The position numbers were made by a program, and so were the translations under genes. Source: Callorhinchus milii (taxonomy: Eukaryota). From it: a stretch of DNA of 64,000 nucleotides. Under the pieces are notes generated by a model. It was not told where the DNA came from. It searched no databases and worked only from the letters and a program-made list of their open reading frames with translations. Location: contig NW_024704743.1 of the NCBI RefSeq assembly GCF_018977255.1, positions 4,280,001-4,344,000 on the forward strand. Direction: 5' to 3'. This document shows, in pieces, positions 11,836 to 25,222 of the stretch; within the stretch, counting starts at the first letter, position 1; every line of letters begins with the position of its first letter.

Positions 11836-14354
11836 ACAGGTAAGTGCGCATACGGTGACAGGTCAAGATTACGTTTCTCGTGATTCAATGCAGCCAGCTG
11901 GTAAGTGGCATATCTCCAACTACAGAACCCAACTCAAATTGCACACTTCAATCTGATCAAATGCCACAACCAAAGCATCTCAGATTTAAATACTGCTTTA
12001 ATATCGAGGGACTATTCCAGCAGCTCACTCACACTCCTGGACAGAAGTCGTAGAATTATATATAGCTCGGAAACAAGCCTAACCAGACTACGGCAGCTTT
12101 TATGTCTCCACACGAACCCCTGCCACTCTTTTCTCCACTCCTCCACCCCTCAATGCCCGTCTCCCTCGTGTTTGCATCAAGTTTCCCCTTGAATACATTG
12201 AGGCTTTTTTCTTTTGCTTCAATCACAGCTTCAGTGCAGCAAAAACTTTGTCCTCTTGCTCACTTGCTTCTCGGTCACGACCTTTCTTGCCTTTCTGTAT
12301 TTAATCGACGCCACGGATCACTCATCCTCTAAATTTTCCGTTTTTTAAATAAGCCGAACGAAATATTGTTCTTCAAAAGAGCCAGCGCCGACTCGATGGG
12401 CCAAATGTCCTTCTGCATTTCTATTAATTCTACGTTCTCCCACAGGATCGGTTTGCAATGAAGAAAACCCATTTGATCTCACTCTTCCGGAACCCCCAAC
12501 TCTACCATCTTCCCTCCATGTACCTTCATTGTGTTAAGAATCCAAATTGCTTGTTCAGACTCTCGTTCATGCCCACACCTCCATTTCCCTTTCCTCCAAC
12601 AATCTAAAAGCTTTTAGATCAAATGTGAATTCACCAACAAAACAAATGTGAATCTGTTCTGTAGTGTAATGATGTCACAAGTTCATAGTTGGAAACTTAC
12701 GAAGACACAAAAATGAAAATTGTTAATAAAAATCATACCCTCAAACCCATAATTTTTTTTTTGGAAAAGTGTTCAATTGTCACCTCCCCTATATTGGTTT
12801 GATATTAACCCATAATAAGGTTCAGTGGAGATGGAAAAATAATGATAACAACAATAACCAAAGCCTCAACATGCAAACGTGTTCAGGATCAGTATCGGAT
12901 GTCAATCTCTGATAGTTTTTGTGAGTCAAATACTGTAGAGGATTGATAAATGAGAATGCTCATCAGCCCCCACCCACCCCAAGTTCAACACCATCTAGAC
13001 AAGGGAACTGATGAGGTGACACTTCATTTTGATATCAAATGGAAGGATTATTATTATTATCCAAATCCTGGCCATATGGACTAGCTCCAGAACAGATAAT
13101 AATCTAATGAGAATAATCTTTGCATTTGATATAGCGCCTTATCACGTCATTGAAATGTCTCAAAGCACTTCACAGGATATACTGTAAAGTTAATCAACTG
13201 TGTAGCGTGTGGGCAAAACGCAGCAGCCAACTGCGCCCAATGGTGTCCCACAAACAGCCGTGGATGGAATGACCAATAATTTTTCTTAAAAACCTTGGAT
13301 GGATTATTGCCCCTGGGGCTTGGGATCTATGGCAAAGGCACACGTTTCCTCAAATCATTATGTAATCCTCTGATGCCTCAGCATTGTGAGCAAGGCTATT
13401 TAATAATAATATTTACGTAGAATTAGACAGTGCGTAATGGTGTGGCGTCAGGCTATTCAGCCCGACTTGTCTGCGCTGGGGTTGATATTCCACAAACCTT
13501 CGAAAAAAAAATCCTCTCCTGTTCCGCTCTGCTCCCCTCTCCTCACGTATTCATCCCGTTTCCTCAAATGAGTTGTCAGTTTTTTGTTTTACTCACAGCT
13601 TCCGACAGTGAGTTCTCAATTCATAAAACTCTCTGCATAAAGTTCCTCTTAAAACTCCCTTTTAGATCTACTACTGACTGGCTTATGGTTATGCTCCTTT
13701 GTTTTGGACCCGCTACCACTTGGAACCAGCCGATCAACATCGACCTCATCAAATCCTTTCAAACGTGCTTTCAGCAACCTTCCTTCTCTTCCCCCTCTCC
13801 CGTTCTCTCTTTCCCACACCCAAACATCCAAGCTCCCAACCAGCTGTATACAGCAATTTGAAACATCTTCCCGATGTGAAAGGTGCTATGTCAATGTCAA
13901 ACTATGTGGCTGTTGTAGTACTCCATCTACATATAGTCAAATGTTTTGCAAATTCACTGCTTGGTCACAAAATCATATAAATGGCATCAACTGCCCTAAC
14001 AGGTTCCTGACCAAAAGTGGAACAGGGGACTTGAGGAGGGGAGCAGAGGAGGAAGGCTGCAGAGGTTGGACAGAGACGGAATAGAAGGCTCTCTTCCCCC
14101 CCCCCCAATCAATCTTTACTTTCAGGAAGCATTAAATAGGCTTCAGGAATCGTAAAAAGCAACAAAAACCACCATAAATAAACTGTCTGGATCCACTGCT
14201 TTTGGAACAGGAGGGCGGTGAAAATTGTAGAAGGCTCCTTTTATTTTCAAAAACAAAAAACTCCCACCAGCCGCCGCCCCCCCCCCCCCCCCACACACCT
14301 TCCAAACCAACCTACGAGCTCCGCTTGGAGCGAGTTAATAACGAACGGCATCCC

Positions 14355-14700
14355 ACAGCGTAGTGGTTAGTGCGCGCACCTCGCAAGCGTGAGGACCCAG
14401 GTTCGATTCCCCGGACAGGGTGAAACCTCAGTCAAGTTTCCTTCCTTCACACCCCCTCCATTTAGCTCGCGGTAAGTAGGAATCCAGTTGTTGGTCGGTT
14501 GGCGGGTTCGCTTTCTGGGGTTATAAGCCATCCGAAACGAAAAAAAAAAAAAAAAAACCTCAATCCACGACACTTCTGTGCGCAATTGGCTGCCGCGTTT
14601 CGCCCACAAAATACACAGTCGATCCACTTGGCAATATATTCTGTGAAGCGCTTTGAGACGTCTCAACGACACGATAAGGCGCGACAGCAAATGCAAAGTG
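14355..14700 (+). mobile_element. tRNA-derived SINE, diverged
   Basis: GTGGTTAGTGCG...GGTTCGATTCC head; CAATTGGCTGCCGCGTTTCGCCCACAAAA body; stem-loop tail. Confidence 0.8.
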
Positions 14701-14784
14701 GCAAACAAAACAGCAGACCAGCAGAAGCAGTCTCCCTATTGCTGTGGGCGCGGGAATTCAGAGCCACAGTTTTATAGGGAAAAG

Positions 14785-15290
14785 TCACACACACAGAGTC
14801 ACAAACACAGACATAAACGCACAGACACACACACGCACAGACACATACGCACACGCACACACACACACACACGCAGACACACACACACATACATACAGGC
14901 ACACACAGTCATAAACATACAGACACACGCACAGACACATACGCGCACACACACGCACATATACACATACAGACACACACAGTCACAAACACAGACATAA
15001 ACATACAGACACACACACGCGCGCACAGACACACACACATACACACAGACACACACGCACATACACACAGAGACACACACAGTCACAAACACACACACAG
15101 ACGTACAGACACACACAGTCACAGACACTGATATAAATACACAGACAGACACACACACACACGCACAGACCCACAGATAATACACATACACACAGGTCCA
15201 CACACAGACATACACACACATACACACACATACATACACACACAGACACACATAGTCACAGGCACTGACATAAATACACAGACACACAGT
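14785..15290. repeat. Degenerate (CA)n-rich microsatellite
   Basis: ACACAC/ACAGAC/ACATAC units. Confidence 0.95.
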
Positions 15291-15465
15291 GCCGCGGGGG
15301 GTGGGGGTGGGGGGGGGGGGAGGGGCCTGAGAGGCTGTGGCCGAGGTGAGGGCAGCGGTTTGACCGCTCTCACTCCGGCCAATCCCCCCCCCGGGGCGGG
15401 GCAGCCGCGAGGTTTGACTGTTGTCGTTGTTGTTACCGGGAGCCTCCACCGCCCCGACATTAACC
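15290..15465. promoter_or_regulatory. CpG-rich element with CCAAT and GC box (alternative WDR37 promoter/first-exon candidate)
   Basis: ggccaatc and ggggcgggg motifs; possible minus-strand donor GGA|gtgaga near 15372. Confidence 0.3.
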
Positions 15466-16097
15466 GTGTGTGTGTGTGTGTGGAGGGGGCTGGGGAGGGT
15501 GGGGGGGTATGTGCGGGGGGGTGTGGGGTGTGTGTGTGGGGTGTGCGTGGGGGGGTGGACGGGGCTGTGTGTGTGTGTGGGGGGGGGTGGGGTGTGTGTG
15601 GGGGTATGTGGTGTGTGGGAGGGTGGGGGGGGTATGTGGGGGTGTGTGTGGGTGTGGGGGGGGGGTGGTGTGGGGGGGGGGGGTGTGGGTGTGGGGGGGG
15701 GGTGGTGTGGGGGGGGGGGTGTGTGTGGGGTATGTGGTGTGTGGAGGGTGGGGGGGGTATGTGGGGGTGTGTGTGGGTGTGGGGGGGGGGTGGTGTGGGG
15801 GGGGGGTGTGTGTGTGGGGGTATGTGGTGTGTGGGAGGGTGGGGGGGGGTATGTGGGGGTGTGTGTGGGTGTGGGGGGGGGGTGGTGTGGGGGGGGGGGG
15901 GTGTGTGGGGGTATGTGGTGTGTGGGAGGGTGGGGGGGGGTGGTGTGGGGGGGGGGGGTGTGTGTGGGTGTGGGGTGTGTGTGTGTGGGTGTGGGGGGGG
16001 GGTGTGTGTGGGGGTGTGTGTGTGTGGGTGTGGGGGTGGGGGGGGTATGTGGGGGTGTGTGTGTGGGGGGGGGGTATGTGGGAGGTGGTGTGGGGGT
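15466..16097. repeat. G/T-rich low-complexity tract (GGGGGTGTGT-like)
   Basis: Dense G-runs interspersed with TG. Confidence 0.95.
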
Positions 16098-16102
16098 CTC
16101 AC

Positions 16103-16230
16103 CGCTGTGGTCACGGCGACATGTTCCTCTCTCTCTCTCTCTCTCCGCCTCATCCGGGCCTCGGCGACCCCACAGGTCACACGGTGGGCGGGGCCCCGGC
16201 CTGGACTGCGCAGCCGCAGCTTCAACAGTC
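16103..16230 (-). promoter_or_regulatory. WDR37: Probable WDR37 non-coding exon 1 / CpG-rich TSS region
   Basis: Unique CpG-rich island between simple repeats, with a GC box (gggcgggg) and a minus-strand donor GCG|gtgaga at 16102. It is the nearest CpG island upstream of the WDR37 coding exon. Confidence 0.5.
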
Positions 16231-16640
16231 CCCCCACACCAACCCCCCCCCACACCCCAAACCCCCCCCCCCACACCCCAACCCCCACACCCCACCCCCC
16301 ACACCCCCCCCACCCCAACCCCCCCCCCACCCCAACCCCCCCACACCCCAACCCCCCCCCCACACCCCAACCCCCACACACCCCAACCCCCCCACACCCC
16401 AACCCCCCCCCCACCCCAACCCCCCCACACCCCAACCCCCCCCCACACCCAACCCCCACACACCCCAACCCCCCCACACCCCCACACCCCAACCCCCCCC
16501 ACATCCCAACCCCCCCACACCCCAACCCCCCCCCACACTGACACCCCCCACACCCCCACACCCCAACCCCCCCCACACCCCAACCCCCCCCACACTGACA
16601 CCCCCCACACCCCCACACCCCAACCCCCCCCACACACCCC
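16230..16640. repeat. C/A-rich tract (CCCCAACCCCCCCACA-like)
   Basis: Dense C-runs. Confidence 0.95.
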
Positions 16641-16644
16641 AGAG

Positions 16645-17660
16645 ACACACCCTGACACAGGCTCTCTCACACACACACACACCCTGACACAGGCTCTCAG
16701 AGACACACACCCTGACACAGGCTCTCACACACACACACACACCCTGACACAGGCTCTCACACACACACACACACACCCTGACACAGGCTCTCACACACAC
16801 ACACACCCTGACACAGGCTCTCACACACACACACACACCCTGACACAGGCTCTCAGAGACACACACCCTGACACAGGCTCTCACACACACACACCCTGAC
16901 ATAGGCTCTCACACACACACACACACCCTGACACAGGCTCTCACACACACACACCCTGACACAGGCTCTCACACACACACACCCTGACACAGGCTCTCAC
17001 ACACACACACCCTGACACAGGCTGTCACACACACACACACACACCCTGACACAGGCTCTCACACACACACACCCTGACACAGGCTCTCAGAGACACACAC
17101 CCTGACACAGGCTCTCACACACACACACCCTGACACAGGCTCTCACACACACACACACCCTGACACAGGCTCTCACACACACACACACCCTGACACAGGC
17201 TCTCACACACACACACCCTGACACAGGCTGTCACACACACACACACACACCCTGACACAGGCTCTCACACACACACACCCTGACACAGGCTCTCACACAC
17301 ACACACCCTGACACAGGCTGTCACACACACACACACACACCCTGACACAGGCTCTCACACACACACACCCTGACACAGGCTCTCACACACACACACCCTG
17401 ACACAGGCTCTCAGAGACACACACCCTGACACAGGCTCTCACACACACACACCCTGACACAGGCTCTCACACACACACACCCTGACACAGGCTCTCACAC
17501 ACACACACACACACACACCCTGACACAGGCTCTCACACACACACACACACACACCCTGACACAGGCTCTCACACACACACACACACACACCCTGACACAG
17601 GCTCTCACACACACACACACACACACCCTGACACAGGCTCTCTCACACACACACACACAT
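16645..17660. repeat. Minisatellite CCCTGACACAGGCTCT(CA)n, roughly 30 copies of about 28-38 bp
   Basis: Near-invariant core with variable CA tail. Confidence 0.95.
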
Positions 17661-17844
17661 ATATAATTTGTAGAGATTGATTGATCAGTTTTTCTCACCA
17701 TAATTTTGATTTGAAATTCGCATCATCAATAAAGAGTATTATGAAAAACGTACACCACGGAAACAGCCACTCATCCCAACCCGTCCGCGGCACTGTTTAT
17801 ACTCCATTCCTTATTCCCTCCCATGTTCTAAAGAAGCATTTAGA

Positions 17845-18160
17845 TGTTATAATAATAATCCTTGCATTTGATATAGCGCTTTTCACGTCTTCTCGACGTC
17901 TCAAAGCGCTTCACAGAATATGCTGTAAAGTGAATTGATTGTATATTTGTGGGTGAAACGCGGCAGCCAATTGCGCACCGCAGCGTCCCCACAAACAGCC
18001 GTGGACTGAAAATGACCAATTTATTATTGTTTTGTTTTGGAGGGATTATTATTAGGCTCTGTGTTGGAGTAAGGAAACTTGCCCAAGGTAACTCCGTGTC
18101 TGGAACTGAACCCAGGTGTCTCGCTTGCCAGGCGAGTGCTCTTAACCACTGAGCTGCAGG
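17845..18160 (-). mobile_element. Full-length tRNA-derived SINE
   Basis: Same family motifs. Confidence 0.88.
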
Positions 18161-19103
18161 ATATGTTCTATGCAAATTAATATTGTTGGCCAGTCTTTGA
18201 ATATGAATTCTAATTATGAACTAAATATATTGACGAATCTGTTCAGGATGTGCTCCAGCTGCCCTAGAATAATGTTGTTGTCTTTTTAAGACCTTTCAAA
18301 GACAGAGAAGTGTTTTGATGAAGGTGCATACACAAGATAAAATAGCAAATTCAACTTTAAATATTTACTAATGCACGCGCTGACAAAAATATTTTACCCT
18401 CAAAGGCAATATTCCAGATAGCTATATATATATTTCCTGTTTTTCTCTCTGCAAATTTTCACTTCTTCCTTGTTTCAGATTCTGTGATGAGTGCTTACCT
18501 GTTGCTTATTGCACGAGTTTGTTTTGTGTAACGCACTCAGTGTTTTGTGTAGTTATTTTCTCTTGCGTTTAACTGTTTTTCTATCGGTCTGCGTCTATCA
18601 GTTTCAATACTTCTGAACAAGCATTGTGTCATTTCATTTAGCTTTGTGACTTTTTTAATTACATCTTTGTTTGATGAAGGTAGGAATGAGTTCAGAGATT
18701 TTCTGTGACAACGGTGCAACATTTTCAAGCTCTTTTCCTTTATTGCATTTACTAAACTGAAGTTTGCTTGTAAGTCTCCACATATTTTGCAAAAAGAAAA
18801 TGCTTCAATTAATTTCAAATATAAAACAGCACATTAAAATTATTCAAGTCATTTTTGTCATACACAAAAATCCTAAATGATCTAGCAATACAGATAAATA
18901 ATTTGTTTAAGTAAGGGCTGGCAAACACAAAATGTTTTAAAAACTATATTAACGTTTGCTTAAATTCCTGACCCCAATTTTATTTTATGTAGTTTCTTAA
19001 TTCCAAGATACTTATCTTTACTTTGCTTTACTTTGATGTTTGTAACGTCACAATTTAATGTTTAATTTTACTTTTCAGCTCAAACATAAATGCCTTCATT
19101 GCT

Positions 19104-19660
19104 TTAGGAGTCAAGCTTAACAATCACCTTGTCATCTTCACCGCTTTCTATTCTCTCAGTAGCATAGTGATAGAGTGACTTTAAAGTTTCTTTCAACTTG
19201 TGCAGTTTATCCAGTGTGTCCTCTTCATTATTTAATTCAGATTTCCAGGATTCCTTTGCATCATCTGAAGACGACAGCTTCTCGATATCATGTTGTTTCT
19301 GTTTTTCCCTTAATATCCTCTCGGTTTCTTCTTCGTGTCTTATGATGTTCAACAACTTATCATTTTTTTGATCAATCGCTTCCTTTACTTCTATTTCTTT
19401 ACCACCCAACTGTAAGTTCTGATTCAGATTTTCAATACCCATTTCCGGTGATCCCAGTGTGACATTAACAGCATGTACGTCTGGTTTATGAACTTGTTCG
19501 TATTTATCTAGCAAGCTGTGGGCTCCATTGTTCTGTTTTTGTCGTTCAAGTTCATCTCGCCCAGGGAGTGATGAAACTGCACCAGCTTTGATGGCCTTCA
19601 TTTGTTGAACAATTCTCTCTTTATCAAGTGAGAGTTGATTTTTTTCGATTTCTTTTGTGT
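19104..19660 (-). CDS. LRRC37-like exon 8 (terminal, charged / coiled-coil-like tail)
   Basis: tttcccacag acceptor, phase 1, in frame with ORF 19104..19601 (YTKEIEKNQLSLDKERIVQQMKAIK...VIVKLDS*). Minus-strand AATAAA at 18979-18984. Confidence 0.8.
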
Positions 19661-20048
19661 CTGTGGGAAATAATCATAACGTTCATTAAAAGTGTACATT
19701 CCAGGTAGAGAACCTTGAGAAGATCTATATTTTTTTTACCCAGAGAGTTGTTGCAGTCTGAAACGCACTGCCTGAAAGGGTGGTGGAGGCAGATTTGATA
19801 GTAGCTTTCATAAGGGAATCAGATAGGCTTAAAAAGGAAAAACTTGCGGGGATATGGGGTAACAGCGGAGGAGTGGGGTGGGACTGGTTGGTAGCTCTTT
19901 CAAAGAGCTGGCACAGGCATGATGGGCCAAGTGGCCTCCTTCTGTGCTGTAAGATTCTATGATTTTACTCAAAAAAAACTTGTTTCATGCATAACAATCA
20001 ATTAATATTTAAAATAATAACCTGATCAACAGAAGTAATGATACTTAC

Positions 20049-20173
20049 AACACTGAATCAATGTCACGGTACAGTAAATATTCTTGCAGTTAATCTCCAC
20101 TTTCCGTGGCAGAATAAGATGGTTCAGAAGTGGAAACTTGCATAAGCAGCATTTCAGAGTGTGGGATATATAA
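20049..20173 (-). CDS. LRRC37-like exon 7 (Cys-rich C-terminal cap)
   Basis: ctgcag|..YISHTLKCCLCKFPLLNHLILPRKVEINCKNIYCTVTLIQC|gtaagt, phase 2-1; CCLC motif and Cys spacing as in LRRC37 (ILPSHMACCLCQF...LHCNSACLTNTTHC). Confidence 0.9.
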
Positions 20174-23100
20174 CTGCAGAATGGAAAACAAATAAGAATC
20201 TAGTGACAATAGTTAGAATAGACAAGAAACCTTGAAACATTTATCAAAATCAATCCTGGACTTGTTTGAACATGAAAAATATCTGAAATCATATTTTACA
20301 TTTGGATTTTATTACAACATTTTGAAAAAGTGTTTGTTATGCAGCAGTCCAAATATGAGGACACCATATCCATAATATGCTCAAAAACCTCAAGCTTCCA
20401 GAAGAGTGAGCATTTGTCTGTGTCAGCTTCCAGATGCTTGCAGATATAACATTTAATGGTAACTGAAACAAAGTTTTGAAACACGGGTTTAATATTAATA
20501 ATAATATTTGCATTTCTGTTGGAAAATAATATCTCGCGATACAATATATAGTTTGGGACACTATGTGTCAGGCCACGACCAGGATTAGTGGGTGGCGAAC
20601 TGGATCGCCTAGCAAATTCTTATGTGCTTACGTTCATGTTACGTTATGTTGTTGTTATGCCGTTGTTGTTGTTTTTGCTGTTCATTTCATACAGCGCTTT
20701 AGCATGTCTTTAAAACACTGCTTTGTGACGGTCAGGGAAGAATGTTTTTTTTATTCTTTTCAGAATGACCCCAGAATTGACGGCACTGCCCAGGATGTTA
20801 TCAAGAGCAGCGGTCAGGAATGAAGAAACATTTTCCGCCTTGGGACACCTAATGTCGGTTTAGAGCACTGACAGGTCAAATCGCTAGAGGGGTAAGGTAC
20901 CTTCTACTTTCCACCAACGACACTGATTCTTAGAAGGGTGCACCAGTGCAATTGTCCTATCCCACACAGCTCTCATTGTGGCCTTTCTTTGTGAAAGTGG
21001 CAATTAATGCCAGCTCGTGGAGCATCTAGTCACTGGAATGAGATTCTCCAAATATATCTGCATAAATACTTCACAGGAACCGGAAACTAAACCGTATCCT
21101 TAAAATGAAATATGAGCACTCTAATCCAATCCCACACACAATTCGTCTTTTTTGAGTGTTCTGAATACAGATATTTCTCTATACTTAAGTCTGAAAAACC
21201 CTCAGCTAGTTTTGAACTGCCAGTTTGCACATACCTGATTGGACACATAAAATGATTTATCTTCAAAAAGCACCAAATACTACAGAAACAGAAGGATGCA
21301 AATCAACTGTATAATAAATCATTGAGGGAGGGCGCCTCAACGTGCTTCACAGAAATTACTGGTAAGTAAATGTATATTTGTAAGTGAAATGCGGCAACCA
21401 ATTTGTGCATAGGAATGTCCCACAAACGGCCATGAAATGAAATGTATATACGTGGATGTGAAATCTGTATATGATAATTATTTTAATTGTTTTTTCTCAT
21501 ATGTTTAGGTGTGTATATCTTCAACTTCTTGTGACATCTCCCATTCGAGTTGGCAGTGCAAAGGAGATTTGTTCAATAAGCTTTTCAATCAGATTCATGT
21601 CTGTAAAGGAATTTACATAAACACAACAAAAGTATATTGCTGTCCCATGGGAAGAAATAGTGCCAAGGTTTCACTGACCTTGGATTCACTCAATCAAAAA
21701 TGGTTATTCAACCATTAAAAAATACAAATGTGAAGAAATACTCAAGTGGCTCATTTATAACAAAAGTAACTATTAGTAAAAAATATGGTCACTCAATCCA
21801 GTGTTGGATACTGCTGCGTGCAATTGGTTGCCACGTTTCGCCCACAAAATATAGTCACCACACTTTACAGCATATTAAATGAAGTGCTTTGAGATGTCTC
21901 GAAGACGTGATGAGGCGCTATATAAAATGCAAGGATTATTATTATTATAGGTAAATGGTCATAATTGCAAATGAGACAGTCCCAACAGTATAATGATTCT
22001 TAATAGGGAATAGAGAAGGTTTGTTTGCCACAGAATAAGAAAATGAAATATACTTCTGTTTCTAAAATTATCCGCTGCATGATCCAGTTCTGTACAAAAT
22101 GAGAGGCTGATAAAAGAGTGTAGACAGTGTTTTCCCATATATAAACACACTGCTAAAAACACACTAACATTCAGATGACAGAATTTATGTTCTAAGTTGC
22201 AAGCATGAAATAAAATAATAATAATCCTTGCATTTGATATAGCGCTTTTCACGTCTTCTAGATGTCTCAAAGCACTTCACAGAATATGCTGTAAAGTGAG
22301 TTAAGTAAATAAAGTAAATAAAGGCAGCATGGTGGATTAGTTGAAACAGGTAGGTTTCAGGCTGGAGCTAAAGACAGATAGTGAGGAGACAAGCGAGCTC
22401 TAGAGTTTGGAGGTGTAGACTCTGAAAGGCTTGGCCATCGATGCAGGCACAGAGACGGTGGGGAATGTGCAGCAAGCCCAAGTTAGCCAAACGGAGGGTG
22501 CAAGCAAAGTGAGATAGGAGAAAATCAGAGAGATAGGCAGGTGTCCAGGGGACAAAGGGATTTATAGGTAATGCAGTACTACAAATCTGAGGAGTTTGAT
22601 TTGCCCTCACAAAGAGGAAGCGGTGATACTGGAATCAGAGATCACTTGAGACCTTGGTCACTAGGCTTTCCCTGCCAGAGGCATGATCCAGTCACCCGAC
22701 ATGGTCAGGTCCTCATTGTCCTTTGACAATTTGGGGCCTAGAAGAGTATGGGGGAATTGGGGCTTGTTTGCAGAGACAACCCTCATTTCCAAAGTGGAAT
22801 GTTTTGGTCTAATTCGGTCAATAATAATAATATTTCTTGCATTTGACATAGTGCCTTATCACATCTTCGAGACGTCTCAAACTCTTTACAGAATATGCTA
22901 TAAACTGAATTGACTGCAGATTTTGTGGCCGAAAGGCGGCAGCCAATTGCGCACAGCAGTATCCCACAAATAGTCATGGATTGAGTGACCAATTTATTTT
23001 TATTTACTTTGAAGGAATTATTATTACTCCCGGACCCTGGAAAAGCGATCTGCCAATCGACTAAAATCCAGGAGGGGGGAGCAGGTCTAACCTCACTCAC

Positions 23101-25147
23101 CAATAAAAAAAATGAAGGAATTTCTAAGTGAGGGTGAGTACCTTGAAATTGATTCTTATAACCACGATGACAGAGCCAAGCTAACACGCAACAGGTTAGA
23201 TATTGATTCTAGATTTGATTTAATGCTAATAAATGTAACTAGGATAAAGGTGTCAACGTGTCACCATCAGAACAGATTGCTAAATTATATCAATTTAAAG
23301 TTAAAAATAATACAAATAGGAAAGATTGAGAAGCCAGGGGAGCACAGTATTTTTGTTTAATATGTTGTTTTGCTTTGTTTTTATCTATAAAGCAATTTAA
23401 TGGGTTATAGAAGTGCAAGTTTGTTATTGTTTATATATTCTGCAGTAATCTATGGAGTTAAAGGTTTCAGAAAAAACACTTGGTTGTAAATTTGAGGTGA
23501 TGGAGCAGATAAGGATTCATTGCTCAAGTGTGTAAAGTGAATGGTGCATTACTGTATTAACTAATATTCAAATGATGATAGACTTTCTACCAAGATATTT
23601 TACAAAAACATTCCACCTCACAAAATATAGATGCTTCTACAGCTACTGAACCATGGTCACCTCAGGCCTTGATTCCTGTATATGGCCTTGTGAGCAATTT
23701 TGAGGTTATGTATCGAGAACATAAACAAGTAAGAACATGCCACCCCTTCCTTTTGATCAGTATCTTTGTAACTGAGCCTGTAAATGAGGAAGCCACCTCT
23801 CTTGCAGCTTCCTCATTTTACCAGCCAGAGGATATGCTGGGGACTATTGGTACCTTGTTTATAGAATAGCTGTTTAGTGATGGCTCCCTTTAAACAAAAT
23901 GAATGAAGCATCAGATTGGGACAATTGACGTAAACTGAAATATGGTTTCAAAACATTTTATAAAACATTTTATGCTCAAGGTAAACAAACAGACAGTAAA
24001 GGAATTTCAGATTGAGCAGTTGTACGGTCACTATCGAACAAATGCCATGGCAAGTGGTAGCACTGTTTTGAGCGCAGAAAAATATGATTATTTTGTAGAT
24101 GCAGAACAGTAATAAATTATACAAGTGTAATAAGGAATGAAATATGCATTAATCAAAAGATACCAATAATAAGGATCATATAGAACTGGGATGATGTGAT
24201 GATGCAACGTGTTTGTTGGGGAGGATGGGCAGATTTTTTTCTTCACTGTATTTAAAATCTCAGGCACATTTCTGCAGGAAAATCAAGCAGTGGTCAGATC
24301 TGACCTTGGAGAGACAGAGTCATTCTCAGATAGCTGTTGAAAACATTCTGGGGCATCTTAAAATTGAAAGCAAGCAGCAATCCACCTCAAACCTCCTTTC
24401 TAAGTCACAGCTGTTGGATGATCAGGGTGCGCAGAGAAATGAATACTCTCCCAACAGTTACAAAACAACAGGGAACTCGGAAATTGCTGGTTCAACTAAA
24501 AATACAGATATCCACAATAACAACAACAACAAAATTGCATTTGCATAACGCCTTTCACGTCAGGAGGCCGTCCCATATATAAATATAAATTCAAAATATA
24601 AATGTTGTTATATAAATGCAAGTTGTTGTTGTTTGCTGTTAATGTAAGGATTTAAGTTGTTGTACAAATACTGCGAGTGACTTCTATTTAGTGATATATT
24701 GCCAATTACCTATTACCCAGATAGTCGACGCGTTTGATATTGTGACATCATAAGCATCAACAAAATTCGTATAAATTAGATATTGTTTAGCCAATACAAA
24801 ATTACCACCTCAATTCATAAATATTATATATAATAACCTTTATCAAGTGATTCCATGGTAATATATGACTCATGTATATTTATCGATCTACTAGATCAGT
24901 GTACTCAACATTTAATCAACCCGGGAAATACTTCATACCTCGGTCAATCGTAACAAACACATACTTAAACATTCACAATTTAGAAACATTTGGCAATGTA
25001 TACAGGTAGACAATATACAGCGTCCCTGCACTCCATCCAGCCTCGAAGGGCCCTATATAAATGCAAGTTGTTGTTGTTGACAAAAGATACAATGCATTAT
25101 AACATATTTTCATGTAGTATCCAATAATTCGTAATAAATATACTTAC

Positions 25148-25222
25148 AGGTTAACAATATTTGTTGTGCTCTGCAAAATAGCTCTGAGAACATCAAGAGA
25201 AATGGAAGTTGCACGAAGGTCC
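25148..25222 (-). CDS. LRRC37-like exon 6 (75-nt last LRR)
   Basis: ttttag|..(L)DLRATSISLDVLRAILQSTTNIVNL|gtaagt; parallels LRRC37 [25 protein letters not shown]. Confidence 0.88.

Noticed and set aside
14653..17701. Very long ORFs (up to 639 aa) rich in V/C/G or P/H/T
   Set aside because: Translations of stop-free simple repeats, open in several frames on both strands
8299..19128. LRRC37-like/WDR37 fusion protein via the AAG|gtgatt donor at about 19127
   Set aside because: Phase-0 splicing into WDR37 exon 2 hits TGA (GAG GCC AGG TGA) before the WDR37 ATG
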